DNA from: Candidatus Omnitrophota bacterium
GTDB taxonomy: Bacteria > Omnitrophota > Gorgyraeia > B26-G9
Assembly (NCBI GenBank): GCA_018817165.1
Contig: JAHITY010000124.1
Location: 97,973-161,972, forward strand
DNA: 64,000 nucleotides
Direction of reading: 5' to 3'
A program made the position numbers and the translations under genes. Each line of letters opens with the position of its first letter. Within the stretch, counting starts at the first letter, position 1. The notes under the pieces are model-generated. The model saw only the letters and a program-made list of their open reading frames with translations, ran no database searches and had not been told where the DNA came from. This document shows positions 50,402 to 60,476 of the stretch, piece after piece.

Positions 50402-51010
50402 ATGCTAAAACAAGTTATTTTTATTTGTCTAATAATCCTAATCCCCCTGATTGCTGGATGTTCCACACCAAGCAATTCTTTAAAAGTGGATTATTCAGAT
50501 ATTTCAAAATTGTCGAGTGCCGGGAATCTGGAAGTAGTGGTGATCTGTAAAGCTAAGACGGCGGAAAAAGAAATAGTGAAAATTGGCGATGCTGTAGTCA
50601 GTCAGTTGAAAAATATCGGGGTTTTTAAAAATGTCTATGGCGTGCAATCTAACGGGAGGATGACTTCTGATCTTAGATTAGAAGTAACAATAACCGCGCT
50701 TAAACCGGTTTCAAAATCAGCTCGTTTTTTGATTGGGGCTTTGGCTGGACAGGGAAAAATAGAAGCAAGGATTGATCTGCTTGATTTGGCTGCCAAGCGT
50801 CAGGTGGTCTGGGCAAATGTCTCTGGTTCAACCTCAACTGGATCAGCCTTGGCGGGAACAACCGAAGAAGCGATTGATCAGCTGGCTGCGGCAATTGCTA
50901 AAATTTTTCAGGAAAAAGTATTAAAACAAACAGTTGTTAAAGATAGCGATAAAGCTTGTGTGCAGCCTTTTTTAATCAAAGAACTGGGTGAAAATCTGCC
51001 GGCTAATTAA
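50402..51010 (+). CDS. Lipoprotein, DUF4410-like
   Basis: Lipobox IAGC; ARFLIGALAG motif. Confidence 0.7.
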   Translation: MLKQVIFICLIILIPLIAGCSTPSNSLKVDYSDISKLSSAGNLEVVVICKAKTAEKEIVKIGDAVVSQLKNIGVFKNVYGVQSNGRMTSDLRLEVTITALKPVSKSARFLIGALAGQGKIEARIDLLDLAAKRQVVWANVSGSTSTGSALAGTTEEAIDQLAAAIAKIFQEKVLKQTVVKDSDKACVQPFLIKELGENLPAN

Positions 51011-51173
51011 AGATAATGGTGGCTAGTCTTGAATTTTTAGTTTTACTGTTTACTAAACGCTGTTTTTAGCCTAAGCTAAAATTTTAGATGGAATATGAAA
51101 TAAAAAAAATTATATTTCAATCAATAACAACTCGTTTCAGATAAACCGATAAAAAAATAAAAACTATCAGTTC

Positions 51174-51202
51174 TTGACCATTAGCTATTGAGCGTATAGA
51201 AT
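51174..51202 (+). promoter_or_regulatory. Sigma70 promoter for SWIB gene
   Basis: TTGACC-N17-TAGAAT; strong AGGAGG RBS downstream. Confidence 0.6.
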
Positions 51203-51250
51203 ATATGAAATAACTCAACTTAACTTAACTTAAACAAAAAGGAGGAATAA

Positions 51251-51577
51251 ATGGTAGAAGCAAAAGGATTAAGTAAGCCGGTAAAGCTAAAAAGTGATCT
51301 TGCGGCATTCTTGGGAAAGAAAGAACTTCCTAGAACAGAGATTACAAAAAAACTATGGGATTATATTAAAAAGAATAAATTGCAGACAAAGTCTGTTAAT
51401 GGGAAACCGGAGAATGCAGGTAAGTACATTGTAGCAGATGCTAAATTGCTGCCTATTTTCAAGAATACCAATTCGAAAAGCAAGTCAGGTTCAATCACTA
51501 ATCTTACTGCGATGAAAGAAGGCCAGACAATCAATATGATGCAGATGGCAGCTGTTGTCGGAGCAAATATCGAATAA
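51251..51577 (+). CDS. SWIB/MDM2 domain protein
   Basis: LAAFLG..ELPRTEITKKLWDYIKKNKLQ...IVADAKL. Confidence 0.85.
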   Translation: MVEAKGLSKPVKLKSDLAAFLGKKELPRTEITKKLWDYIKKNKLQTKSVNGKPENAGKYIVADAKLLPIFKNTNSKSKSGSITNLTAMKEGQTINMMQMAAVVGANIE

Positions 51578-51727
51578 GCTGAATTGTTAATAAAAATCCA
51601 GAATAAATCAGTTGTAGCTAATCGATGATAGTCGATGGTCAATGGTAATAAATTATAAACCATCGGCTATCGGGTTTTATCTAAATATTTTGAGTTAAAA
51701 CATTTAAATAATAAAAATGAGGAAATT

Positions 51728-52015
51728 ATGTCAGTATACTTTTTGGCGGAAATTACTGAAATTACCGATGAGAAAATGTATCAGGAGTATATTAAAAAAG
51801 CCAAGCCGATTGTCGGTAAGTTTGGCGGGAAGTATGTGCTGAAATCAGATAAATTAATTCCTGTAACCGGAGACTGGGATTTAGAGAAGATAATCCTAAT
51901 TAATTTTGAAAGCAAAGAAAAAATCCAGGAATGTTTTCAGTCAAAAGAATATAAAGCAATAAAGCACTTAAGAATTGATTCGACTGAATCTAGAGCTTTG
52001 ATTGTTGAAGAATAA
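51728..52015 (+). CDS. DUF1330 family protein
   Basis: YQEY...FGGKY...F.S...SKEY...R pattern. Confidence 0.85.
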   Translation: MSVYFLAEITEITDEKMYQEYIKKAKPIVGKFGGKYVLKSDKLIPVTGDWDLEKIILINFESKEKIQECFQSKEYKAIKHLRIDSTESRALIVEE

Positions 52016-52082
52016 ATGTTTAAGAGTAATGCTATGTGCTCTTGTCTGGACAGCCGCATACTAGATTAAATCAGAAGGGTGA

Positions 52083-52559
52083 ATGATGAAAAAAATAAAA
52101 CTTAGTCTATTGGTTTTAATTTGGTTGATAATCTTTGTTTTTCCTGTATATGCCGGAATGGGTTACTCATTAAAATGTTCTAGTTGTGGGCTGGAAGAAT
52201 AATTATTTTTTGAATCAGGAATGCTGATGCGTGTTATTGCTAATGGCTATTGTACGAATTGTAATAAATTTCAGCGAATTAGCTGCGGGACAGTCAAGAA
52301 TCAAGAAGGATTATATGTGAATTCTAATGGCACGACAATGACTTCAGAAGAAATTAAGAGTTTAGAAACCCCCCTGGGCTATGTTTATTGTCCATATTCA
52401 AAAACAAATAAGGCATTATATTCCTGTCCCAGTTGTGGCAAACCTTTTATGGCAATTGATGAGGATGATTTTGGAAGTTTCGAATCCCCGGAAAACTTAT
52501 ATTGTCCTAAGTGTCATAAAAACACGTTGCTAGGACAATCTGGAATACTCTGGGATTAA
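52083..52559 (+). pseudogene. Exported multi-CxxC (Zn-ribbon-like) protein interrupted by an in-frame TAA
   Basis: ATG52083 signal peptide + CSSC, TAA at 52200-52202, in frame with ORF 52221 (CTNC, CPSC, CPKC). Confidence 0.7.
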
Positions 52560-52614
52560 AACCTGAACAGCTATCTGTCAAAGTAAAATTATAAACAGCG
52601 TTGGGAAATTAAAA

Positions 52615-53190
52615 GTGGATATATTTATTTTAATTGGAATAGCCGTAGGCTTATCATTAGACGCATTTACAGTCTCTGTTACAAACAGCACAATAATCAA
52701 AAATCTGGAACTTAGACATGGTTTAAGGATGTCTGTATTTTTTGGATTTTTTCAGATGATAATGCCGATAATCGGATGGGCCGCAGGACTTACCTTCAGT
52801 CAATATATTCAGGGGTTTGATCATTGGATTGCTTTTGGATTATTAGCTTTTGTCGGAGGAAGAATGATTTGGTCGGGCTTGCCGATGAACAAGCAAACTG
52901 ACTCAAGTAATAATGAAAATAATCAGGATTGTCGGAATTTACCAACACTGTTTGTTTTATCAATCGCGACAAGTATTGATGCCATGGCAGTGGGCTTGAG
53001 TTTTGCCTTGATTGAAATATCAATTATATTCCCGGCAATCATAATTGGAATTATTACATTTCTCATGTCTTTAATTGGTTATTTTATTGGCAAAAGAATC
53101 GGGGAAAAGCTGGATTTTAAATTAGAAGTAATCGGAGGGATAATCTTAATTGGAATTGGGATTAAAATTCTTTTTGACCATATTATGTAA
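52615..53190 (+). CDS. mntP: Manganese efflux pump MntP family
   Basis: GLSLDAF, FGFFQ, DHWIAF, ATSIDAMAVG. Confidence 0.92.
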   Translation: MDIFILIGIAVGLSLDAFTVSVTNSTIIKNLELRHGLRMSVFFGFFQMIMPIIGWAAGLTFSQYIQGFDHWIAFGLLAFVGGRMIWSGLPMNKQTDSSNNENNQDCRNLPTLFVLSIATSIDAMAVGLSFALIEISIIFPAIIIGIITFLMSLIGYFIGKRIGEKLDFKLEVIGGIILIGIGIKILFDHIM

Positions 53191-53257
53191 GAAAGAGATA
53201 AAGATTTTTTTTAACAAATGTTTAATCAATTAATGAAAATAAGTGTGAAAGATTAAT

Positions 53258-53446
53258 ATGAGTTGGACTTGTCCTCATCAAATAAAAGATAATTTTTGTG
53301 AATTGCGCAAAAAAGAATGTGAATCTGGTGCTGTTGGGTGTGTTTTGTCAAAAAAATTTAAGTTTATTGGTGATCAAACAGTACCCGACAAAATTAAGAA
53401 TAAAGGAAATATTAAAAAATATACCATTAAAAATGAGAAAATGTGA
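53258..53446 (+). CDS. Small Cys-rich hypothetical protein
   Basis: CPH...C...C...GCVL pattern. Confidence 0.6.
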   Translation: MSWTCPHQIKDNFCELRKKECESGAVGCVLSKKFKFIGDQTVPDKIKNKGNIKKYTIKNEKM

Positions 53447-53487
53447 AAGAAACAAGCAAATAATTGCGGACATTTTACAGCTTAATT

Positions 53488-54453
53488 ATGAAAAACTTTA
53501 TTAATTGTAATTCAAAAACTATTTTAATCTGGATTATTACGGCTTGTTTTATTTTTGACGTTTCTCAGTCAGCTTTAGCTGCGTCTGCAATATTCAGCAA
53601 GCCTTATCCCGTCCAAATCAAAGGTTTACCTCTGGGGGTTGATAATACACCAATCAGCACTGAAGAACCTTTTATTTCCCGTGACGGTAGATTTTTATTT
53701 TTTAATACCGCGGCAAGTGAAAACAATAAAGATTTGCATTTTGCTGAGTTTATTCAAAATCAATGGGTATATCGAGGTCCAATCGGTCCGGATGTTAATA
53801 CTGCTAAGTATGTTGAAGGCAATCCGACAATGGATAGAAGAAACAAGTTTTTATATATTGATACAGCTGTTGACCGTATGGTCAGAAGTGCTAAGTTTTC
53901 TTCTGAGACAGGGCAACTTAGTGATATAAAAGAGTTTCAAACCATTCCCAATCGCCAGATAGACCTGGTCTACCAGAAATTTCAAGGGAATATGGGCGTA
54001 GAGATCAGTGCTGATGGGAAAACTATATACTTTTCTCGGGCTGTCTGGGAAATGCGCGGTATGGAATTGGGAAGAATGGTTGGCTCGGATATTCTTTTCC
54101 TTACTAAAAAAAATGGAACTTATCTTTTTGACAAGATATGGGTAAAAAATATTATGCAGAATATAAACACAACTGATTTGGAGTATGCAGCTTCAATTTC
54201 CGCAGATGGTCTGGAATTGTTTTTTACCAGGATGGAGCTTGAAGGTTTAAAAAAAGGCAAAATAAGCTCAAGAATCATGCATGCAGTAAGAACTTCTTTA
54301 TCAGAACCATTTGGTCATCCGGTAATGATTCAGACAATCGGTAGCTCTAATTTTGTGGAGGGGCCAGCGATATCTCCGGATGGGAAAGAATTATACTACC
54401 ATAAGTATAATGGGAGAAAATTTCGAATTTTTAAAGTTAGACGTTATAATTAA
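53488..54453 (+). CDS. Secreted WD40-like (PD40) beta-propeller protein
   Basis: PFISRDG, ISADG x2, PAISPDG blades after an N-terminal signal. Confidence 0.75.
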   Translation: MKNFINCNSKTILIWIITACFIFDVSQSALAASAIFSKPYPVQIKGLPLGVDNTPISTEEPFISRDGRFLFFNTAASENNKDLHFAEFIQNQWVYRGPIGPDVNTAKYVEGNPTMDRRNKFLYIDTAVDRMVRSAKFSSETGQLSDIKEFQTIPNRQIDLVYQKFQGNMGVEISADGKTIYFSRAVWEMRGMELGRMVGSDILFLTKKNGTYLFDKIWVKNIMQNINTTDLEYAASISADGLELFFTRMELEGLKKGKISSRIMHAVRTSLSEPFGHPVMIQTIGSSNFVEGPAISPDGKELYYHKYNGRKFRIFKVRRYN

Positions 54454-54525
54454 TGTCGGAGAATTTAAAGTAAGATAATAGCATAAAGGGAATTTTTTTA
54501 TGCAGTTAGATTGTAAGGAGATAGA

Positions 54526-54831
54526 ATGATCAAACACATTGTAATTTGGAGTTTAAAGGAAAATGCTAATGAAAACTCTAAACAAGTCAATGCTCAGATT
54601 ATCAAAGAAAAGCTGGAAGCATTACGAGGTAGGATTCCGGGCTTGTTAAACATAGAAGTCGGTATAGATTTTTCTTTTACAGCGAATAGCGGCGATATTG
54701 TGCTTTATTCAGAGTTTACATCTAAGCAAGCGCTTATTGAATATCAAATCCATCCTGAGCATAAGGCTGTTGTTCCTATGGTTGTCGAAGTTTGCAGTTC
54801 AAGACAAGTAGTTGATTATGAAATTAACTAA
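54526..54831 (+). CDS. Dabb (stress-responsive A/B barrel) protein
   Basis: MIKHIV, IPGL..EVG, Y..HPEH, VDYE. Confidence 0.92.
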   Translation: MIKHIVIWSLKENANENSKQVNAQIIKEKLEALRGRIPGLLNIEVGIDFSFTANSGDIVLYSEFTSKQALIEYQIHPEHKAVVPMVVEVCSSRQVVDYEIN

Positions 54832-54865
54832 TAAAATTAATTAATGAAATAAAGTTGATTATTTT

Positions 54866-55123
54866 ATGGAGAGGCAAATGTCTAAACAAAATAAAATCTG
54901 GTTTAATGCTTATAGTCGGACGCTGTGGATACCGGTTTGCTGGCAAGGCTGGGTGGTGATTCTTGCGTTTTCAGCTTCAATTGGATTGATTTATATAACT
55001 AATAATGTCTCGGATAATGTGCCGTTTGATTTTGCTAAACATTGGCCGCTATTAGTCGAGTTGGCAAGTGTATTTATTTCAGTTAATCTTATCTCTAAGG
55101 GGCATATAGATAAAAAATATTGA
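54866..55123 (+). CDS. Small membrane protein
   Basis: WF...WxPxxWQGW motif plus 2 TM. Confidence 0.6.
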   Translation: MERQMSKQNKIWFNAYSRTLWIPVCWQGWVVILAFSASIGLIYITNNVSDNVPFDFAKHWPLLVELASVFISVNLISKGHIDKKY

Positions 55124-55305
55124 AAAAAACACAAAAAAGCAGTCTGAAATTACGCCAGGAAAAAAGACGATTTAATGCTATTTACTCCATTTAATTTTGG
55201 CGCACATGCTTGCGCAGCATTGCCTTTAGATTGTATTTATCCTGGCAATGTTAGTATATTTTAAGGCTATAAGCAAATATAAGAAATCTAACCCTGAGGT
55301 AAAAC

Positions 55306-56544
55306 ATGAATAATCAAATTAAATGTCCTAACTGCGGTCACAGCTTTGATGTGGAAGAAGCGCTTTCTGGAAAAATGGAAGCGCATTTTAAAGCTGAATA
55401 TGAAAAAAAAGTAGCTGAGCAGGCAGATAAATTTAATCAGGAGAAAAATAAGCTGGATGCGGAAAGGCGCTTGTTTGCTCAAAAACAAGCTGAACAGGCT
55501 GAATTGTTTGAGGCAGAATTGGCTAAACAGCTAAAACAAGAAAAAGCCAAGATCGAAAGTAAAGCCTTGGAGTCAGTTGAGCAAGAAATGAAATCTCTCC
55601 AGCAAGAAAATGATAAAAGAAAAGCTGAGAATAAAGCTTTAAAAGAAAAAGAAGTTCAGCTGTTAAAACAAGAAGCAGCGCTAAAAGAAAAGCAGGAAGA
55701 TTTGCAGCTTAGCATGGAAAAACAGATGTTGGAAAGACAAAAAGAAATTGAAGATAAAGCCAGAGCAAAAGAAAGAGAAAGCTTTGAGCTGGAAAAAGTT
55801 AAGCTGGTCAAACAGCTTGATGACCAAAAAAAATTAACTGAAGAAATGAAACGGAAGCAAGAGCAAGGCTCTATGCAGATGCAGGGTGAAGTCCAGGAAC
55901 TGGCTTTAGAAGATTTATTATCCAGGACTTATCCATTTGATAAAATTTCTGAGGTACCTAAAGGGGTTAGAGGTGCTGACTCAATTCAGCTGGTAGTTAA
56001 TGCCCTGCAGCAGGACTGCGGTTCGATTGTCTATGAAAGCAAAAGAACTAAAAGCTTTGCTAATGACTGGATTGATAAGCTAAAACAAGATCAGATTATT
56101 TGTAAAGCTGATATCGCGGTTCTTGTTACAGAATCATTGCCCAGCGATATGGATCGGTTTGGCGAGAAAAATGGAGTATGGATCTGCGGGTTTAATGAAG
56201 TTAAGAGTTTATCTTTTGTTTTGCGAGAAATGCTGATTAAAACTCATTCAGTGAAATTAGCCCAGGTGAACAAGGGCGATAAAATGGAATTGCTCTATAA
56301 TTACCTTACCAGCAATGAATTTGTGCAAAATATCAAAAGAATTGTGGAAAACTATGATGAAATGATCAATCAGCTGAATTCGGAGAAAAAAGCAATGCAG
56401 AAGATCTGGGCAATAAGGGAAAAACAGATATGGGTAGTACAGGAAAATATATCCTCTTTGTTTGGCTCAATTAAAGGCATTGCCGGTAATGCTTTGGATA
56501 CAAGCAGTGTATTGCAATTGCCTGATGCGACAATAGACGCATAA
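55306..56544 (+). CDS. DUF2130 family coiled-coil protein
   Basis: IKCPNCG, long coiled coil, QGEVQE, ESKRTK. Confidence 0.9.
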   Translation: MNNQIKCPNCGHSFDVEEALSGKMEAHFKAEYEKKVAEQADKFNQEKNKLDAERRLFAQKQAEQAELFEAELAKQLKQEKAKIESKALESVEQEMKSLQQENDKRKAENKALKEKEVQLLKQEAALKEKQEDLQLSMEKQMLERQKEIEDKARAKERESFELEKVKLVKQLDDQKKLTEEMKRKQEQGSMQMQGEVQELALEDLLSRTYPFDKISEVPKGVRGADSIQLVVNALQQDCGSIVYESKRTKSFANDWIDKLKQDQIICKADIAVLVTESLPSDMDRFGEKNGVWICGFNEVKSLSFVLREMLIKTHSVKLAQVNKGDKMELLYNYLTSNEFVQNIKRIVENYDEMINQLNSEKKAMQKIWAIREKQIWVVQENISSLFGSIKGIAGNALDTSSVLQLPDATIDA

Positions 56545-56594
56545 GCCGGAAATATAATTGAGTAGTATATTTATTTGATTTAAAGGATTGTTAG

Positions 56595-57038
56595 ATGCGA
56601 TTATTAATATTATGTTTAATGATTTTGTTTTTGCGTGTTTTGAGTGTTTATGCTTTGGACGGCATTGCATTAGAAAACCAAGTGATTATGGAATCTGAAT
56701 GGATGCCAACAAAAGTCCAGACTCAAGCGGCCTTGGTTCATGTTTTTAATTATATAACTAATATTAAAGCGAATACTGATAATCTGCATTTAATTGATTC
56801 TTCAGAAGATATTCTTAAAAATATTAACAATTATCGAGTTCAGCTTAAAGGCATAATCAAAGATAATAAACAGATAATTTATTGCAACTTTTTCCCGGTA
56901 AACTCGATTAGTTTGGAATTTGTAAATTGGAAAGAAAATCTTATCTATGTTTATGCCGGTGGTTTTTGGTTTTGGCAGATTGAATATGATTTGCAGTCAG
57001 AGCGATGCTTTAATTTTGCTGTAAACGGAGATGCTTGA
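56595..57038 (+). CDS. Hypothetical secreted protein
   Basis: Signal-like N-terminus; IYCNFF...GG..F...VNG.A motif. Confidence 0.6.
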   Translation: MRLLILCLMILFLRVLSVYALDGIALENQVIMESEWMPTKVQTQAALVHVFNYITNIKANTDNLHLIDSSEDILKNINNYRVQLKGIIKDNKQIIYCNFFPVNSISLEFVNWKENLIYVYAGGFWFWQIEYDLQSERCFNFAVNGDA

Positions 57039-57210
57039 AATATATACTTGTGAAATGTATTTGTAAATCAAAGCCAATCTATTCCAATAAATTAAGCGAG
57101 ATATTCAGTGCTTTATTAATCATTGTATACATGATAAAATGATAACTGTAGTAGAAATCAATAATGAAAAACTGCATCATAACTGAGCAAACAATAGAAG
57201 GAAGTAAATT

Positions 57211-57717
57211 ATGGATCTAGACAAAATTTTAATAACTAAAATGATGTGGACTGTGCTTTTTCTTTTGGGCATATTTTTTATGTCTGTGCTGACTAAGTCA
57301 AAGGTAAAGCAAATCCAGGAAGAAAAGCAGCTGGCGAAGAGCCGTTATTATACAATCAAGCGCCTGGTCAGTATTTTTTCCGTGATTCTCGCTATTGTCT
57401 TGATGGTTGCCCTCTGGGGTATAAATATCAGGCATTTATGGGTAAGCATCACTAGTGTTTTAGCGATGATTGCGGTAGCATTTTTTGCTGTTTGGAGTTT
57501 GGTCGGTAATATTCTAGCGGGAATTATTATCTTTTTTACTGAGCCGTTTAAAATTAATGATCGGATTGAAGTTCTTCCGGAAAACATTAAAGGCAAAGTG
57601 ATTGCGATCAATACTTTTTTTACTCTGATCCATGATGAAGAGGATAATATTATTAATATCCCTAATTCCATGGTGTTTCAAAGGTTTGTTAAAAGACTTA
57701 AACGTAAGAAACATTAA
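57211..57717 (+). CDS. Small MscS mechanosensitive channel protein
   Basis: 3 TM, GNILAGIII...PFKINDRIE...IPNS. Confidence 0.88.
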   Translation: MDLDKILITKMMWTVLFLLGIFFMSVLTKSKVKQIQEEKQLAKSRYYTIKRLVSIFSVILAIVLMVALWGINIRHLWVSITSVLAMIAVAFFAVWSLVGNILAGIIIFFTEPFKINDRIEVLPENIKGKVIAINTFFTLIHDEEDNIINIPNSMVFQRFVKRLKRKKH

Positions 57718-57768
57718 GATAATATCGTAAAATTTATTAATTTAATAAGCGTATTTTAAATCGATGAG

Positions 57769-58359
57769 GTGAATATGAAAGTTTTAGCAATTAATGGTAG
57801 TCCCAGATTAAATGGCAATACTGATGAATTAATTAAAACAGTTTTTACGGCTTTGGAAGCAGAGGGCATTGAAACTGAATGTATTCAGATCGGAGCTAAA
57901 AACATTAAAGGCTGCATTGCTTGTTATAAATGTTTTGAAAATAAAGATAAAAAATGCGCAGTTAAGAATGATATTGCTAATGAGGTGATCACTAAGATAT
58001 TGGAAGCTGATGGCTTGATTTTAGCTTCGCCGACTTATTTTACGGATATTACTGCTGAGTTAAAAGCTTTGATTGACAGATTAGGATTAGTTGCCATTGC
58101 TAACGGCGGATTATTGAGACACAAAGTCGGAGCCGCGGTAATTGCGGTTAGAAGGGGCGGCGGTATTCATGCTTTTGATACAATAAATCATTTATTTCAG
58201 ATCAGCCAGATGTTTATTGTTGGTTCAACCTATTGGAATTTGGGCTTTGGTCGGAATAAAGGCGAAGTATTAGGTGATGATGAAGGCTTGAAAAATATGA
58301 CTAATTTAGGACAGTCAATGGCTTTCTTACTGAAAAAATTAGATGCAAAGGATATTTAA
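57769..58359 (+). CDS. Iron-sulfur flavoprotein / NADPH-dependent FMN reductase family
   Basis: INGSPR..GNT, CIACYKC......C, SPTYF. Confidence 0.9.
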   Translation: MNMKVLAINGSPRLNGNTDELIKTVFTALEAEGIETECIQIGAKNIKGCIACYKCFENKDKKCAVKNDIANEVITKILEADGLILASPTYFTDITAELKALIDRLGLVAIANGGLLRHKVGAAVIAVRRGGGIHAFDTINHLFQISQMFIVGSTYWNLGFGRNKGEVLGDDEGLKNMTNLGQSMAFLLKKLDAKDI

Positions 58360-58935
58360 ATGTCAGAAGACAGAGCGAGTAAAGAGTTTCAACACCATCA
58401 TAAAGGCAAGACTTCAGAAGCATTATTGGATAAAAATATTATCTTAAATGCTTTAAACCTAACTTGCGGTCAGACAGTTATTGATGCGGGTTGCGGTAAT
58501 GGCTATATGGCTAAAAAATTTGCTGAATTAGTCAAACCAAATGGGCGAGTGTATGCCATAGATATTGATCAGCAAGTGATTGAACAGTTAAAAATAGAAA
58601 TAGGTAATTCGCTTATTCAGCCAATGATTGCTGATATTACCCAGTCTATACCAATAGCAGATGGTTCAATTGATTTAATTTATTTGTCAACAGTGTTTCA
58701 TGGCTTTTCTCTGGATCAGATCAAGGGCTTTGTTGATCTAGTGAAAAGATTATTAAAACCTAATGCTGTTTTGGTAATTTTGGAAATGGAGAAAAAACAA
58801 ACTTCTTTTGGACCGCCTTTAAACATTAGGGTCTCTGCTCAGGAACTAAAGCAATTGATTAGGCTTGAGCCTAAAAAAACAATTAAAATAGGTGAAGATT
58901 TTTATTTGCAGTTATTTATCAATAAACCGCTTTAA
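58360..58935 (+). CDS. Class I SAM-dependent methyltransferase
   Basis: DAGCGNG motif I, AIDID, GPP. Confidence 0.9.
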   Translation: MSEDRASKEFQHHHKGKTSEALLDKNIILNALNLTCGQTVIDAGCGNGYMAKKFAELVKPNGRVYAIDIDQQVIEQLKIEIGNSLIQPMIADITQSIPIADGSIDLIYLSTVFHGFSLDQIKGFVDLVKRLLKPNAVLVILEMEKKQTSFGPPLNIRVSAQELKQLIRLEPKKTIKIGEDFYLQLFINKPL

Positions 58936-58990
58936 TGTTTAATTAGGTTGATTTGGTTTTAATTTAATTGTAAATTATGAGGAAGTTAAA

Positions 58991-59329
58991 ATGCTGGATT
59001 TAAAGACGCTTAAATGTGAAGCTTGTCAGACAGGGGCGCCTATATTGACTGAAGAGCAAATAAAACAGTTTATGGAACTTATTCCTTTGTGGAATATTGT
59101 TGAGCAGGAATCAATTAAAAAGCTTGAGCGAATGTTCACGTTTAAGGATTTTAAGCAGACTTTGTCTTTTGTTAATAGGATAGGGGAGATTGCAGAGGAA
59201 AATGGACATCATCCTTTGTTATTGGTTGGTTATAATCAACTGATAGTTTGGTGGTGGACGCATAAAATTAATGGTTTACATCAGAATGATTTTATTATGG
59301 CAGCAAAAATTGATGGATTGGTTGTTTAA
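58991..59329 (+). CDS. Pterin-4-alpha-carbinolamine dehydratase
   Basis: CEAC, FKDF, AE..GHHP, WTHKINGLHQNDFIMAAK. Confidence 0.93.
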   Translation: MLDLKTLKCEACQTGAPILTEEQIKQFMELIPLWNIVEQESIKKLERMFTFKDFKQTLSFVNRIGEIAEENGHHPLLLVGYNQLIVWWWTHKINGLHQNDFIMAAKIDGLVV

Positions 59330-59342
59330 CCCGGGAGGTTTG

Positions 59343-59690
59343 ATGAATTGGTATTTGGCTGTATTAAAAAAATATGCGGTTTTCAAGGGCAGGGCAAGAA
59401 GAAAAGAGTATTGGATGTTTTTTTTGTTTAATCTGATTATTGCTTTTGTTCTGGGTATGGTGGAAGGGTTTTTGGGAATTAATCCCACTGGTGGTCAAAG
59501 TATATTAGCGGATATTTATCAGCTGGCGGTTTTATTGCCTTCAATTGCTGTGGGCATACGCAGAATGCATGATGTGAATAAAAGCGGCTGGTTTATTCTA
59601 GTACCAATATATAATCTGTTTTTAGCAGTTAAACAAGGCGATGTTGGAGAAAATAGATTTGGTCCTGATCCATTGGAAGTAGTAAGTTAA
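59343..59690 (+). CDS. DUF805 membrane protein
   Basis: KYAVFKGRARRKEYW, RRMHD..KSGW, NRFGPDP; ATG59343 after GGAGG. Confidence 0.93.
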   Translation: MNWYLAVLKKYAVFKGRARRKEYWMFFLFNLIIAFVLGMVEGFLGINPTGGQSILADIYQLAVLLPSIAVGIRRMHDVNKSGWFILVPIYNLFLAVKQGDVGENRFGPDPLEVVS

Positions 59691-59709
59691 GATTAATTGA
59701 GGGGGCAAT

Positions 59710-60138
59710 ATGAAAAAAATAATTATAGGATTAGTTTGTCTGGGGTTTATTATCGGAATAACCGACATTAGCAGTGCGGATTCCTGGAACGCGAGAAAAA
59801 ATAAAGTAAAGCAATTGCTGAAGAAAAATAATCTGGTAGGTTCTGATCGCTTTGAATTAGTTTATGCGCAGAAAATTACTGATCGGATGTCTAATCATTT
59901 TGTTTATATTCTTCAGGATGAGCTAACCAAGAGGGAGTATTTAATTTATACAGTTGGCGATGGAGATTCAACAGCTATCAATAATCTGGCAATTACCCCA
60001 TTATTGCTGGCGGAGCCTGGGCAGACTCTGACTATTAATAAAACCAGTACTCAGTCAGCCATGGACGATGCTGATGAGGAAGAAGATACTTTAGAAGATG
60101 TGGAAGAGGCTGAGGTTGCAGATGATGCTACAAAATAG
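59710..60138 (+). CDS. Hypothetical secreted protein with acidic tail
   Basis: Signal peptide; D/E-rich C-terminus. Confidence 0.6.
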   Translation: MKKIIIGLVCLGFIIGITDISSADSWNARKNKVKQLLKKNNLVGSDRFELVYAQKITDRMSNHFVYILQDELTKREYLIYTVGDGDSTAINNLAITPLLLAEPGQTLTINKTSTQSAMDDADEEEDTLEDVEEAEVADDATK

Positions 60139-60215
60139 ATGATTATGCGAAAGTTGAAAAAAGATCTAAAGTGAAATATCTATTTCTGTTTTAAACGTAA
60201 ACCAGGAGGTATGTT

Positions 60216-60458
60216 ATGAATTTTGATACTTTGCTGCGGATATTAGGATGGTGTAGTATTATTAATATCGGAATTTTATTTTGGTGGTTTGCGATTATTG
60301 CATTTGCCGGGAAATGGGTATATAAAATTCATAGTAAGTGGTTTAAAATACCTGAAGAACAGTTTAATGCGATTCATTATAGCGGGATTATGTATTATAA
60401 AATAACTATATTTGTGGTTTTTATAGTTCCTTATATTGTTTTGCGAATTATTAGATGA
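60216..60458 (+). CDS. DUF6868-like small membrane protein
   Basis: WCSIIN...H.KWF...FNAIHY...YK...VPY. Confidence 0.75.
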   Translation: MNFDTLLRILGWCSIINIGILFWWFAIIAFAGKWVYKIHSKWFKIPEEQFNAIHYSGIMYYKITIFVVFIVPYIVLRIIR

Positions 60459-60476
60459 ATTTAATTTGGATTGATT

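Noticed and set aside
30371-52202. Genome-wide stop-codon reassignment suggested by two in-frame stops
   Set aside because: The two stops are different codons (TAG, TAA), and both codons terminate many conserved genes normally
55198-55213. Sigma-54 promoter (TGGCGCACATGCTTGC)
   Set aside because: GG-to-GC spacing is 11 nt rather than the strict 10
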